Assembly: GCA_965197425.1 (NCBI GenBank)
Contig: CBDANC010000012.1
Location: 96,001 to 160,000, forward strand
DNA length: 64,000 nt
Direction of reading: 5' to 3'
Source of the DNA: Bdellovibrionales bacterium
GTDB lineage: Bacteria > Bdellovibrionota > Bdellovibrionia > Bdellovibrionales > JAUICD01
In this document: positions 9,195 to 19,020 of the stretch, piece by piece
Numbering within the stretch: position 1 is the first letter of the stretch
Layout: the number at the start of each line of letters is the position of its first letter
The notes under the pieces: generated by a model
Database searches by the model: none
What the model saw: the letters and a program-made list of their open reading frames with translations, nothing else
What the model was told of the DNA's origin: nothing
Made by a program: the position numbers and the translations under genes

Positions 9195-10183
9195 GTACTA
9201 ATTAACTCAACTATTTTATCGTGAATTTTAGATCTTAAAGGGGCAAATAAAGCTTTTCTTTTTGCTTGAAGCCTGTTGGATAATATCACTACACCTATAT
9301 CGAGCTTGGGATCAAACCACATAGACGTTCCAGTAAAACCAAGATGACCAAAAGCATCTTTCATGTACTTACCACAGCTAGCAGTACCATCTAAAGCCGG
9401 TTTCATAAAACCAAGCCCCCAATCTGCAATATGACTTTTTGTAAAATAAGAAATTTCATTTAAAACACCATCACCCAATAAAGACTCTCTTAAAATAAGC
9501 ATCCACAAAGATACGGCATCAATAGTCCCAAATAAACCAGCATGAGTCGATACACCATCCAAGATATAAGTATTAGCATCATTAACCACACCCTCTGAAA
9601 CCTGACCCCGCAAAGGACACATGCCACAAGGAGCTGAGTTGTCTAAAGGCTTATTTTTTACATTGAAATCAAGGGAGTCTAAATTAAGTTCATCTTTTAC
9701 TTTAAGCCATGATTGATAAGTATCTATTTTATCTAATTTTTCTATGACATCCATTAAAACTAAAAATCCAATATCGCTGTATGTAGTTTTTCCTGGAGTT
9801 GGTTTTTCCAGTGATATGATTTTTTTTATTTGTTCCCAGTTTGAGGTTCTATTGATGATGTCTATTTTTTTGTAAAATTGTTTATTGGACTTAAATCCAG
9901 CAGAGTGTGTTAGGAGTTTACGAGAGGTCAGGTCAAAGTCAAAATCTGTAAATTCATTGATTGGTCTGGTTTCATCAAAAATTGTTGCTTGCCTTAGCAT
10001 CATAAGTCTTGTGGTGGTAAATATAACTTTTGTAAGGCTTGCTAGATCATAGAACTTATAATCTTTGCCATGAGTAATATCTATTTTTTTCTTTCCTCTG
10101 TGATAGGCCTGTATTTTAATACTTGGAGCAGTTAGATTGGCCTCTTGTTCGGTTAAAAAAGTTTCTAATTGTTTTTGTTGCAT
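9191..10183 (-). CDS. Beta-lactamase-family serine hydrolase
   Basis: LASLTK (SxxK), LLTHSAG, YSDIGF, HAGLF, GHLGFTGT. Confidence 0.88.
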   Translation of the reverse strand: MQQKQLETFLTEQEANLTAPSIKIQAYHRGKKKIDITHGKDYKFYDLASLTKVIFTTTRLMMLRQATIFDETRPINEFTDFDFDLTSRKLLTHSAGFKSNKQFYKKIDIINRTSNWEQIKKIISLEKPTPGKTTYSDIGFLVLMDVIEKLDKIDTYQSWLKVKDELNLDSLDFNVKNKPLDNSAPCGMCPLRGQVSEGVVNDANTYILDGVSTHAGLFGTIDAVSLWMLILRESLLGDGVLNEISYFTKSHIADWGLGFMKPALDGTASCGKYMKDAFGHLGFTGTSMWFDPKLDIGVVILSNRLQAKRKALFAPLRSKIHDKIVELIST

Positions 10184-10196
10184 GGTGGATTAGGTT

Positions 10197-11093
10197 TTAC
10201 TTTAAAGATAATGATAAGCTGGGAATCTTTCCGGTTTCAAGTGTTGTTGTGGTATTAAAGGGTAAGATTTCCTGAGTTTTTCTATCATGCCCAACTTTTA
10301 ACCCACCTACAACACAAAAGGGTACTTTTTTAAAAAACAAATCAATTACCTTCTTGATATTTTTATCAGTTTTGTGAATAAAATCACCCAAAATCACTGC
10401 TTTTATATTATCAAAAATCCCGGCATTTAGCATGTGGTATAACATTCTATCTATTTTGTAGGCTTCCTCATTTACATCTTCTAAAAACAAAATTTTAGCT
10501 TTAGTCTTAATCTGCCAAGGAGTACCTATAGATCCTATTAAAGTACATAAATTTCCCCCTACAATTTTACCAGTTATAGATGTTTTTTTCCTACAAGCTG
10601 AATTTATAGGTTTTAAGTTTCTGAAGTTTAAAATTTTTGTTTTCCCCTCTAATATATCCATAAGTTTCGCAAACTCTTCCTTATGTTTTTTCTCACTTAA
10701 TCTTTCCAACATGGGGCTATAGAGTGTTTTAAAGCCATAATTATTAAGTAGTATGTGTATAATTGTAGCGTCACTAGAGCCTATAAATATTTTCTTACTT
10801 GGTTTAGGCCACTTTAAAAAATCCTGCGCCAGATGAATTACGCCGTAACCACCTCTTAATGAAAATATAGCCTTTGAGTTAGAGTAAAGTGCTTTTTTAA
10901 AACCCAAAATACGATTTTGCTTTGAGCTTGCAAATAAAAAATCTTTTTTTAATATATCTTTTTGTACTTTTGGTTTAAAACCTTGAGCTTTTAATAAGTT
11001 TACAGCTTTTGTTAACTTGATTTTGCTACATGAAAAAGACGGGGCAATAATATCTATTAAATCTCCTTTTTTTAGCTTCATATTAAGATCCAT
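10197..11093 (-). CDS. ldcA: LD-carboxypeptidase (peptidase S66)
   Basis: RGGYG, GSSD, GGNL, LFLEDVNE, GH. Confidence 0.9.
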   Translation of the reverse strand: MDLNMKLKKGDLIDIIAPSFSCSKIKLTKAVNLLKAQGFKPKVQKDILKKDFLFASSKQNRILGFKKALYSNSKAIFSLRGGYGVIHLAQDFLKWPKPSKKIFIGSSDATIIHILLNNYGFKTLYSPMLERLSEKKHKEEFAKLMDILEGKTKILNFRNLKPINSACRKKTSITGKIVGGNLCTLIGSIGTPWQIKTKAKILFLEDVNEEAYKIDRMLYHMLNAGIFDNIKAVILGDFIHKTDKNIKKVIDLFFKKVPFCVVGGLKVGHDRKTQEILPFNTTTTLETGKIPSLSLSLK

Positions 11094-11106
11094 CTAGTAA
11101 TTAATT

Positions 11107-12009
11107 TTATGCACTTGGTGGCTTTATCATTTTGTAGAAGTAAAGTTTTCCTCTATCATTTGTCAGATCACCTACATGATTGTTTTTGAAGTTGATATTT
11201 ATGGAACTTTCTATATCCCAATACGGATCTCTGGTTATACAAGCTGACTCACGGCTATTAAAGCAGTACGTATGTTTGTCTCTTGGATGATTTGTTAAGT
11301 AATACCTCGAGGTGAAAGTTATTGATGCACCCGCTGCCCTGTTACTTCCTCCAGCTTGAGATGATTCAAAGTTGAATCTCACAATATTGTCAAATGCTAT
11401 GGACTTTTCAAATCTTCTAATATCAGTGGCAGTAGGGGTTCTGCTCTTAATTTCATAAATAACTTTGCCTGAGTTATCCGACAAACCACTGCGCTCATCA
11501 CCGCCATAGACTATATGTAGCTTTCCTCCTGATTCTATTCTGGGTGCCTCAAAAAATATAGCACTTGCTTCATACTTCATCTCCTCAACACCCCCTAAAG
11601 AACCCGAATCCGGATAGCCGGTTTGTCTGTTAAAAACTGCTATTGCCTCTGGATCTGGAGTAGTAAAACATACATGATCACCACATGAATCACATCCATT
11701 ACAGATATACTCTTTAATAATGGTTGAGGTATCGAGGGTCGCATTGTTCCCTGCGGCTTCAGTGAAATCAGTATCAATGTGGTGTGTGACATTTAGTGAG
11801 TCGGATTGAGACAACATACCTTTAAGATAATAAGTTATCCACATTATTTCTTCTTCTATCGCATTTTTGCGTACAATTGTTTGGAATTGATTTGTGGCGA
11901 ACATATACACTGAGGCCATACCTAGTAGGACCAAACCAATTAATACGGCAGAGATCATGGACTCTATCAGGGTAAATCCAGAATTGTTAGAGCTAGGTTG
12001 TATGCTCAT
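11107..12009 (-). CDS. Type IV prepilin-like protein (minor pilin/pseudopilin)
   Basis: SGFTLIES prepilin cleavage/methylation motif followed by a hydrophobic helix. Confidence 0.8.
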   Translation of the reverse strand: MSIQPSSNNSGFTLIESMISAVLIGLVLLGMASVYMFATNQFQTIVRKNAIEEEIMWITYYLKGMLSQSDSLNVTHHIDTDFTEAAGNNATLDTSTIIKEYICNGCDSCGDHVCFTTPDPEAIAVFNRQTGYPDSGSLGGVEEMKYEASAIFFEAPRIESGGKLHIVYGGDERSGLSDNSGKVIYEIKSRTPTATDIRRFEKSIAFDNIVRFNFESSQAGGSNRAAGASITFTSRYYLTNHPRDKHTYCFNSRESACITRDPYWDIESSININFKNNHVGDLTNDRGKLYFYKMIKPPSA

Positions 12010-12024
12010 ATTTAAACCTCTTAT

Positions 12025-13044
12025 TTATGGTTCTCTTGCTAAGTAGGAAGTAGCCGGCAAACCCATTTTGTAAAACAATATCTTACCATAGGTTCCAGCT
12101 CTTACTACCACTTCATCAGGCCCAGAAATTTGCACGATATTCTCATAGTCCTCAAAAATATTATTTCGAAGATTAACCTGCACCTTATGTTGTATGTCTC
12201 TCCAATTTACATTAGTGTCACAAGCTTTTGGATCGTCCGGATCTACTGGGTAACCTGATTTATTTGGGTCATCTGCGCCAGCAACACAATACCTATGGCC
12301 TCTATCCTCACCTGAACCTTTTTTCGAGCTTGTCAAAAAGTACCTAGAGTGAAGGGTAATATCTACTAACATAGAGTCGTCTACACTAGGATCTGGCACT
12401 TTTTGTATATCAATTTCAAGCCCCGCTAATTTAAATCCCAGGGAATATTCTTGGACTTCAACTATAGCATTATCTGAAAGCGACAGGTTACATGCTGTAT
12501 CATGCAGGCTCGGAACTTGTGCTAAAGTAATACTTGCCTTGCCTAAGGAAAATACAATACATAGTACTCCAGGTTTGTTGGCATAAGGCTCTATATAATA
12601 CAGGTAACTTTTATGTTCGTTATCTCCAACATTTGAAGCAGCTTTTTCAATCTCAACACCACTACCAACCACTTTTGCAAAACCAATCATTCTATCTGTT
12701 AAGATGGAAGCTATTTTAACCCTACCATTATCCTTATCATCTTTAGTGTGGCCACAAGTAGCGCCACCATCCCATATAGGACAAGAATAGCTAGAATCGG
12801 ACCCTGCCATATTATAATAATTTATTTTGAGTTTTTTATTCATTGACTGAGTAAACATTGACTGAAGGTGGTAGCCCATCCACTGTAGTTCTTGTTGTGT
12901 TTGACTCTGTAACACTAAAGTAGAAAATTGTCTCATGGTGAAGATAAAAAGTGATCCGATAGTTATGGCAACAATTCCACTTATTGCAGATGCTACCAGT
13001 ATTTCTATTAAAGTCAGACCAGACTGCCTGTTACTTTTACCCAT
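12025..13044 (-). CDS. Type IV prepilin-like protein (probable start MGKSNRQSG|LTLIE at 13044)
   Basis: QSGLTLIEILVA motif; C-terminus similar to the downstream neighbour. Confidence 0.8.
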   Translation of the reverse strand: MGKSNRQSGLTLIEILVASAISGIVAITIGSLFIFTMRQFSTLVLQSQTQQELQWMGYHLQSMFTQSMNKKLKINYYNMAGSDSSYSCPIWDGGATCGHTKDDKDNGRVKIASILTDRMIGFAKVVGSGVEIEKAASNVGDNEHKSYLYYIEPYANKPGVLCIVFSLGKASITLAQVPSLHDTACNLSLSDNAIVEVQEYSLGFKLAGLEIDIQKVPDPSVDDSMLVDITLHSRYFLTSSKKGSGEDRGHRYCVAGADDPNKSGYPVDPDDPKACDTNVNWRDIQHKVQVNLRNNIFEDYENIVQISGPDEVVVRAGTYGKILFYKMGLPATSYLAREP

Positions 13045-13184
13045 AACATCTATCCTACCACAGACAAACTTCTCAAAAAAGAGTACATGAAGCACACTGT
13101 GGGATTAATCAGCAAAAGCCACTAGCTAGGTAATCAGTAGGACACGAAAACCTAGCAAACACTAGTTTTAAGGTGTTTATAAAA

Positions 13185-13517
13185 TTATCTGATAATTGCG
13201 GTGTCCTTAATAACACTGCTACCTTGAGGCATTTGCTCTTCAGCATTAACATCAGCCTCATTAGTAGGACTAGCATTGTTATTGTTGGACGCTGATGCAT
13301 CCACAAAACCAGCTTTAGGCATGCACCATACAATCAACTGAGCACGAGAACGAAGAGTCATTTTTTTGTATATGTTAGTAAGATGAAACTTCACAGTCTT
13401 CTCAGTTACAAACAGTCTGCTAGCAACCTCTTTATTCGACAGCCCATTAGTTACTAACTCAGCCACCTCAGCTTCCCTATTTGAAAGCCCTTTTTTTATT
13501 AGGACATCTCTGAGCAT
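13185..13517 (-). CDS. Stand-alone LuxR-family HTH regulator
   Basis: LSNREAEVAELVTNGLSNKEVASRLFVTEKTVKFHLTNIYKK. Confidence 0.92.
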   Translation of the reverse strand: MLRDVLIKKGLSNREAEVAELVTNGLSNKEVASRLFVTEKTVKFHLTNIYKKMTLRSRAQLIVWCMPKAGFVDASASNNNNASPTNEADVNAEEQMPQGSSVIKDTAIIR

Positions 13518-13707
13518 TCTAGTTTCCCCCTTCTTTTAACAAATCAAAAAAAACAACTACTAATAAAAGGATGCACAGAAACCATTCTTGAATCAACATA
13601 AGAAAAACAAATAACTCAAAACTAGACTAAACGAGTCAAGACTAAGGTCAGATATAAACTTTATGAGACTTTGCTTACTTTATAAGAAGTAAAATGAATT
13701 GTGTTTC

Positions 13708-14250
13708 TTAGGATTGAATATAAAAAACATACTTAATACTATATCTGCCTTCAGAAATTTTAGTGTAAACTTCAATTGGGTTTCCAGAGAATTCCAATTT
13801 ATTATCCTGAACAAACTTATCTATTTTTGGATAAACTTTTAAAGGTCCTACAGCAGGAGAGCCTTCAAAATCCACAATTAATGCCCTTTTATTAGGAAAA
13901 TTTTTGGTCTTAAATGGTATATCAATGTTAGGGAGGGTTTCTAGCAGACAACCAGCATGGCTTCTTAGATTGGAAGCTTCAGTTTCTTTAGGATCATCTA
14001 AGTATTCACCAAAAGTAACAATACAAGCTATTGAATTTTCATTAGCCCAATCCTCAACCTTAGCTATGCTCCGATTAATTTTGTGATACTCTCCCTCATG
14101 CTCAGTATAGATAGCATTTATACCACCCCATCTACTATCTACTATCTCAACCTTCTTAAATACACCTATGCTAATAGACACAGTTAAGATCAAGCTAATA
14201 AATACAACAAAAATAAATAACAAATATGCCCAAATAGGTAGCTTCTTCAT
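13708..14250 (-). CDS. Membrane-anchored GyrI-like domain protein
   Basis: N-terminal TM, HEGEYHKI, FGEYLDDP, PIEVY. Confidence 0.7.
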   Translation of the reverse strand: MKKLPIWAYLLFIFVVFISLILTVSISIGVFKKVEIVDSRWGGINAIYTEHEGEYHKINRSIAKVEDWANENSIACIVTFGEYLDDPKETEASNLRSHAGCLLETLPNIDIPFKTKNFPNKRALIVDFEGSPAVGPLKVYPKIDKFVQDNKLEFSGNPIEVYTKISEGRYSIKYVFYIQS

Positions 14251-14317
14251 TTACATAACCTCTTTAAGCGTTATCCCCAGACAATACCTCACTCTCAGCT
14301 CCTTAAGTCAATCTAAT

Positions 14318-14575
14318 AGGTCTTTCCCGGAATGACCGATTGCCCGACTGCCTGATTAGATCTGGGATCTGGCATTCGGGGATCCGTTACCTGCATCCGC
14401 CACCAGGCACCTGTTTGCCAGATTGCCCGATTGCCTGACTGCCAGAATAACCGTGCCGTAGGCACAAACACATGCACCCGTAGGGTGCCGCCTTGCAGGC
14501 GGAGGCATTTAATGGTGGTTGAACATACACCGTGTTCTGTATTTCACCAGCCAAATACCTGCACCCGTAGGGTGC
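14318..14575 (+). repeat. Family C periodic repeat followed by family B GNA-triloop hairpin unit
   Basis: GATTGCCCGACTGCCTGA 8-mers and GGATCTG 7-mers; GTGCC-GTA-GGCAC; GCACCC-GTA-GGGTGC twice. Confidence 0.88.
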
Positions 14576-15432
14576 TAGTCTCTTTGTCCGAATCTTAGTT
14601 TTGATCTTAGTATTTCTAGTTGATTGGTATTGTGTGGTAGTAGCATATGGTGAAATTTATTTGAATGTTTGATTAAAATTTTATCTTTGTATGTTAAGTC
14701 AATTTGTCTGTATCCATCTATCATAAAGATAGCTTTTTGTTTTTCTTGTGTTAATTGAATTTGTATTTGGCTGGTATCTGGTATTGTGAGTGGTCTATTT
14801 GTTAGGCTGTGTGGGCAAATAGGTGTAATTACGGTTGCTGGTATTTCTGGGGTTAGTATAGGTCCTCCTGCTGATAGATTATAGGCAGTGGAACCAGTTG
14901 GAGTGGCCACTATTAAGCCATCTGCTTTCAGATCACAAAGCAAGGTATCATCTATTTTGATTGCCATGGATATAAGTCTACTAAAGCTACCTCTTTCAAA
15001 CACAATATCATTTAGAGCCAAAATTTTTCCATTACTGAATTTATCTTTAGAATTTATTAGGCTAATTTCTAGCATTGAGCGTTTGGATACAACAAGTTTA
15101 CCTTCTAATGCCTCAGTGATTACCTTAATTAAATTGTCTGATCTAGCTTGAGTTAAAAAACCTAAGGATCCCATGTTAATACCCAGAACAGGTATTTGAG
15201 TGTGAAATCCAAGCATTCTTACGGCATTTAGGTAGGTACCATCTCCACCTAATACTACAACAAGCTTAAGTTTTAGCAAAATTTTGTCAGTAAGTTTGGC
15301 AGTATCTTTAAGAGGGGTTTGTTCAGGATGATGATAACAAGTACAGCCTTTATTACTAAGCCATTTAACTATTTCAAAGGATTTATCTAAAACCTCAGGT
15401 TTATTGGGTCGGTATACTATCGCAATGTGCAT
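14575..15432 (-). CDS. nadK: NAD kinase
   Basis: GGDGT, GSLGFL, LND, DGLIVATPTGSTAYNLSAGGP. Confidence 0.96.
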   Translation of the reverse strand: MHIAIVYRPNKPEVLDKSFEIVKWLSNKGCTCYHHPEQTPLKDTAKLTDKILLKLKLVVVLGGDGTYLNAVRMLGFHTQIPVLGINMGSLGFLTQARSDNLIKVITEALEGKLVVSKRSMLEISLINSKDKFSNGKILALNDIVFERGSFSRLISMAIKIDDTLLCDLKADGLIVATPTGSTAYNLSAGGPILTPEIPATVITPICPHSLTNRPLTIPDTSQIQIQLTQEKQKAIFMIDGYRQIDLTYKDKILIKHSNKFHHMLLPHNTNQLEILRSKLRFGQRD

Positions 15433-15477
15433 AAAAATCCACTAATACACCAATTATAAAAACACAACCTTTTTATA

Positions 15478-15589
15478 CCACCGCCCTACAGACGGAAGTA
15501 TTTAATAGTGGTTGCACACACCACATTTCGTATTTCACCAGTTAAACACCCATACCCGTAGGGTGCTAGTCACCGGCACCCGTAGGGTG
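15478..15589 (+). repeat. Family B unit overlapping the nadC 3' end
   Basis: TATTTCACCAGTTAAACACC and CCCGTAGGGTG twice. Confidence 0.85.
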
Positions 15590-16423
15590 TGGAGGAATGT
15601 AGGATAGGCTTTCAATTAGTTGGAAGGTGAAGTTGCCGCTTGGTGCTTGGTTGGTGATAGCTCCGACACTTACATAGTTTATATCCATTGAGGCAAGTTC
15701 TGAAACTCTATCTGGGCTTATTATACCGGTTACTTCTTTTTCAATTGTAGGCGGAATAATTTTAAGTGCTTTTTGTATATTTTTGTTTGGCATATCCATA
15801 ATTACTCTATCTACTTCAAAATCAATTGCTATTTTAACTTCATCTAGGTTGGTCACTTCTACATGTATAGGTAGGTCTTTATTTTTTGTTACAATCTTCA
15901 AAACTTTTTTTAGGTCGTTATCTAGCGCAACTATGTGATTTTTTTTCACAAAAATTGAGTTACTGCGATTGTTGATAGTATTATGTCCGCCCCCAGCTAC
16001 TACTGCTTTTTTTTCAAGTTCTCTTAAAAGTGGCCTATTTTCGTTGGTATCTAGCAGTTTTATTTTATCTTTGAGTACTTCTTTATAGCATTTGGTAAAA
16101 GTGGTGATACCCGTTAGATGGCTTAAAAAGTTCAGGGCAACTTGACTTGCGAAGAGCATTTTTGTAATTGTACCTTCAATCAGACAGACTGTCTGATCTT
16201 GCAAGACAATATCTCCGTCTTTAAATTTCCAAGAAACTTTGGCATCTGGATCATTATATTTTATGCAACTTTCAAAGACACTACATCCAAATACCACTAG
16301 GTCTCCCAGTGCCTGAACTTTTGCAATTCCTACGACACCATCTAATTTAAGTAAAGTTGCGGTTTTGTCTTCGTAGGCATCCTCTAGATATGCAATTCTT
16401 ATCAAGGATTCTAAGGATTCCAA
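15566..16423 (-). CDS. nadC: Quinolinate phosphoribosyltransferase-like protein with degenerate active site
   Basis: Overall NadC layout (ALNFLSHLTGITT, GGG.N, EVTNLDE, SVGAIT) but DTRKT and HR motifs replaced. Confidence 0.75.
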   Translation of the reverse strand: MESLESLIRIAYLEDAYEDKTATLLKLDGVVGIAKVQALGDLVVFGCSVFESCIKYNDPDAKVSWKFKDGDIVLQDQTVCLIEGTITKMLFASQVALNFLSHLTGITTFTKCYKEVLKDKIKLLDTNENRPLLRELEKKAVVAGGGHNTINNRSNSIFVKKNHIVALDNDLKKVLKIVTKNKDLPIHVEVTNLDEVKIAIDFEVDRVIMDMPNKNIQKALKIIPPTIEKEVTGIISPDRVSELASMDINYVSVGAITNQAPSGNFTFQLIESLSYIPPHPTGAGD

Positions 16424-16426
16424 CTA

Positions 16427-17245
16427 TTATTCATCCATTTTTGAATCGGCCATTAGCTTTCTAAGCTCTTCTTTTACATACCTGGTGACAATATTAGGAA
16501 GTAGTTTTCTTACTATATCTCTGGTGGTGTTTTCTAAAATTTCTATTTGTTCATCGCGAGATACTCTAGTGTCTAGGTTAGCATCCAGACCATCATTAAT
16601 ACTGTCTATGGGATTAAAATCAGTACTTGAAAAAATATTACCCCCCTCTAGAGTCTCTGTTTTAGCTTGTTCATAATCAGGGGGTTTTTGGCAGTCTGTG
16701 CTGTTATTCTCAAATCTATATGATTTATCAAGGCTAAAATCAGTCTTTTTTAAGTTTGGATGATTTGAATTTCTAGAACCAATACTTGAAAGCGGTACAT
16801 TAGAAAAGTCATCTATATTTTGGGGTCTACTAAATGTATGTTCAGTGTGTGATTGGTTAGTTGTTTCATGAATGGGATTTTGATCTATGTTAAATAGATT
16901 TTTCATAATTTCTTTTAATGATTTTATATCGAATGGTTTTTTTAGGTTTGCGTCAGCTTTTGATTGTAAAAATCTCGCTTCATCTAGCTTTAAAAAGCTA
17001 CTGGTCATAATTACAACTTTGGTATTTTCTAAAAGTTTTTCTGATTTAATTTTTTCAGAAACTGTATAACCATCTTCATGCTCTAGTAGAACATCTACAA
17101 ATATTATGTTGGGGTTTAACTTGATAGCCTCTTCCAGGATATTGGAAGTTACTTTAGTTACGGTAGTTTTGTAGTCTCTTAACCCCAGCTCTAGTGCTTT
17201 TTTTACACTATCGCTGCTGTCAGCTAAAAGCACACTTAGCGTCAT
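16427..17245 (-). CDS. Response regulator receiver protein with low-complexity tail
   Basis: VLLADSS...IIFVDVLL...LKKPF. Confidence 0.8.
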   Translation of the reverse strand: MTLSVLLADSSDSVKKALELGLRDYKTTVTKVTSNILEEAIKLNPNIIFVDVLLEHEDGYTVSEKIKSEKLLENTKVVIMTSSFLKLDEARFLQSKADANLKKPFDIKSLKEIMKNLFNIDQNPIHETTNQSHTEHTFSRPQNIDDFSNVPLSSIGSRNSNHPNLKKTDFSLDKSYRFENNSTDCQKPPDYEQAKTETLEGGNIFSSTDFNPIDSINDGLDANLDTRVSRDEQIEILENTTRDIVRKLLPNIVTRYVKEELRKLMADSKMDE

Positions 17246-17280
17246 GGCGCTAGTAAACGACCAATTAATCCACTAGTCAA

Positions 17281-17432
17281 GAAGTAACAACTCTCTATAG
17301 CAAATTGTGCGCCTTACGAACACAAAGTGGCAGTTGGCAAGGTTTTTTGCCGTAAAGAATAGCTGTCTTTGAGGGTTATCTATTACAATAGTGCTTTAGT
17401 TTTAGCGTACGCATTAGTACAGAAGATGTTTC
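17281..17432 (+). ncRNA. Candidate rod-shaped structured RNA (unassigned)
   Basis: Nested pairings by eye: GGCAA/TTGCC, GGCAGTT/AGCTGTC, GTGCGC/GCGTAC, AACA/TGTT. Confidence 0.25.
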
Positions 17433-17555
17433 ACTTATAGCTCTAACCTCCTACAAGCTACTTGTATATACCAAGTGTATTCATTATTTATATTGATGAA
17501 TATGAGGATAATGTTAAATTAAGAGGACATAGAGATATTAGAAAAAAGGGAGGCC

Positions 17556-18098
17556 ATGAAAGTGTTGGATGTAAAACTTTACCCTGATCCTATTTTGAGA
17601 AGTGTAGCTGAGCCTGTGGGTGATGTGAAAAAGTATAGTTCTTTGGTGGATGATATGTTAAAAACTATGTACAATGCGAATGGTATTGGCCTTGCTGCCG
17701 TTCAGGTTGGCGAGCTTGTTAGACTTGTAGTGATTGATATATCTGTTTCTGACAAGTATAAGGATCAGCACCAGAAGCTTACTGATTTGGAACGGAGCGT
17801 GAAGTATCCTCTTGTTTTATTTAATCCTGAAATTGTATCCAAAGAGGGTGATATTTGCTTTGAAGAAGGTTGTCTTAGTATTCCTGGTTATACTGGAGAG
17901 GTTCCAAGATCCCGGCATATTAAGGTATCTTTTCAGGATAGAGATGGTAAGTCTGTGACTACGGAGACTGATGGTTTATTGTCTGTTTGTATTCAGCATG
18001 AGATCGATCATTTAAATGGAGTTTTATTTTTAGATAAGATGGATAAAGAAAAATCCAAAGCTATTAAGGCACATATTAAAGAACATGGATTTAGCTAG
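17556..18098 (+). CDS. def: Peptide deformylase
   Basis: GIGLAAVQ, EGCLS, QHEIDHLNG. Confidence 0.98.
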   Translation: MKVLDVKLYPDPILRSVAEPVGDVKKYSSLVDDMLKTMYNANGIGLAAVQVGELVRLVVIDISVSDKYKDQHQKLTDLERSVKYPLVLFNPEIVSKEGDICFEEGCLSIPGYTGEVPRSRHIKVSFQDRDGKSVTTETDGLLSVCIQHEIDHLNGVLFLDKMDKEKSKAIKAHIKEHGFS

Positions 18099-19020
18099 GG
18101 TTTTATTTTTAGCAACACCTAAATTTGCTATTCCTACTTTAGAGGGTTTGTTGTCCAATCCTTCCATTGAGATTGTTGGTGTAGTAACTCCTCCTGATAA
18201 AAAATCAGGAAGAAATTTAAAAACCAATGAATCTGCTTTGAGTTATTTTGCAAAGCAAATGAGGCTTCCTTTATTTAAGTTTGAGTCTGTAAACAGTGCA
18301 GATGCTTTGAAAGTGTTAAAACCTCTTAATGTGGATTGTGTTTTGGTGATTGCATTTGGACAGATATTATCTGTGGATTTTTTAAAATCTTTTCCAATGG
18401 CAATAAATATGCATGCTAGTTTACTTCCAAAGTTAAGAGGCGCTTCTCCTATACAAAGAGCACTTATGAATGGTGATAGAGTTACTGGCATAACAATGCA
18501 ATTTATGCATGAAAAAGTAGATAGGGGCGATATTATTGCAAGCTTTGAGCAGGTTATTGATGATGATATGACTTATGTTGATCTTTGTAAAAAGTTGGAA
18601 GTTTTAACAAGTAAGTTGGCACAAAAATATTTGTTAAAAGTGATACGTGGTGAAGTGAGTGCTGTTAAACAAGATGATACTTTGGCTACTTATGCTACCA
18701 AGATAAAAAAGGACGAGGGATTTATTGATTTTAATGCTAAGGCTTCAGATATTTATAATTTGTATAGAGGTTTATATTCGTGGCCTGGGGTTTATTTCAA
18801 AAAAGGTGGTTTGATTAAAATAACTAAGATGAAGTTGGGCAGTTTATCGGCTAAAAAGTCTGGGATGGTGCTTGGTATTACTAAAAATCATATGACAGTA
18901 TCTTGCAAAGAGGGGTCTGTGGATATTTTGAGGCTTAAGCCTGAGTCGAGAAAGGACATGAGTGCTTATGAGTTTGCCAATGGTTTTAAGGTTGAGGTTG
19001 GTTGTATTATAAATGATTAA
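18085..19020 (+). CDS. fmt: Methionyl-tRNA formyltransferase
   Basis: HASLLPKLRGASPIQ; follows def. Confidence 0.96.
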   Translation: MDLARVLFLATPKFAIPTLEGLLSNPSIEIVGVVTPPDKKSGRNLKTNESALSYFAKQMRLPLFKFESVNSADALKVLKPLNVDCVLVIAFGQILSVDFLKSFPMAINMHASLLPKLRGASPIQRALMNGDRVTGITMQFMHEKVDRGDIIASFEQVIDDDMTYVDLCKKLEVLTSKLAQKYLLKVIRGEVSAVKQDDTLATYATKIKKDEGFIDFNAKASDIYNLYRGLYSWPGVYFKKGGLIKITKMKLGSLSAKKSGMVLGITKNHMTVSCKEGSVDILRLKPESRKDMSAYEFANGFKVEVGCIIND

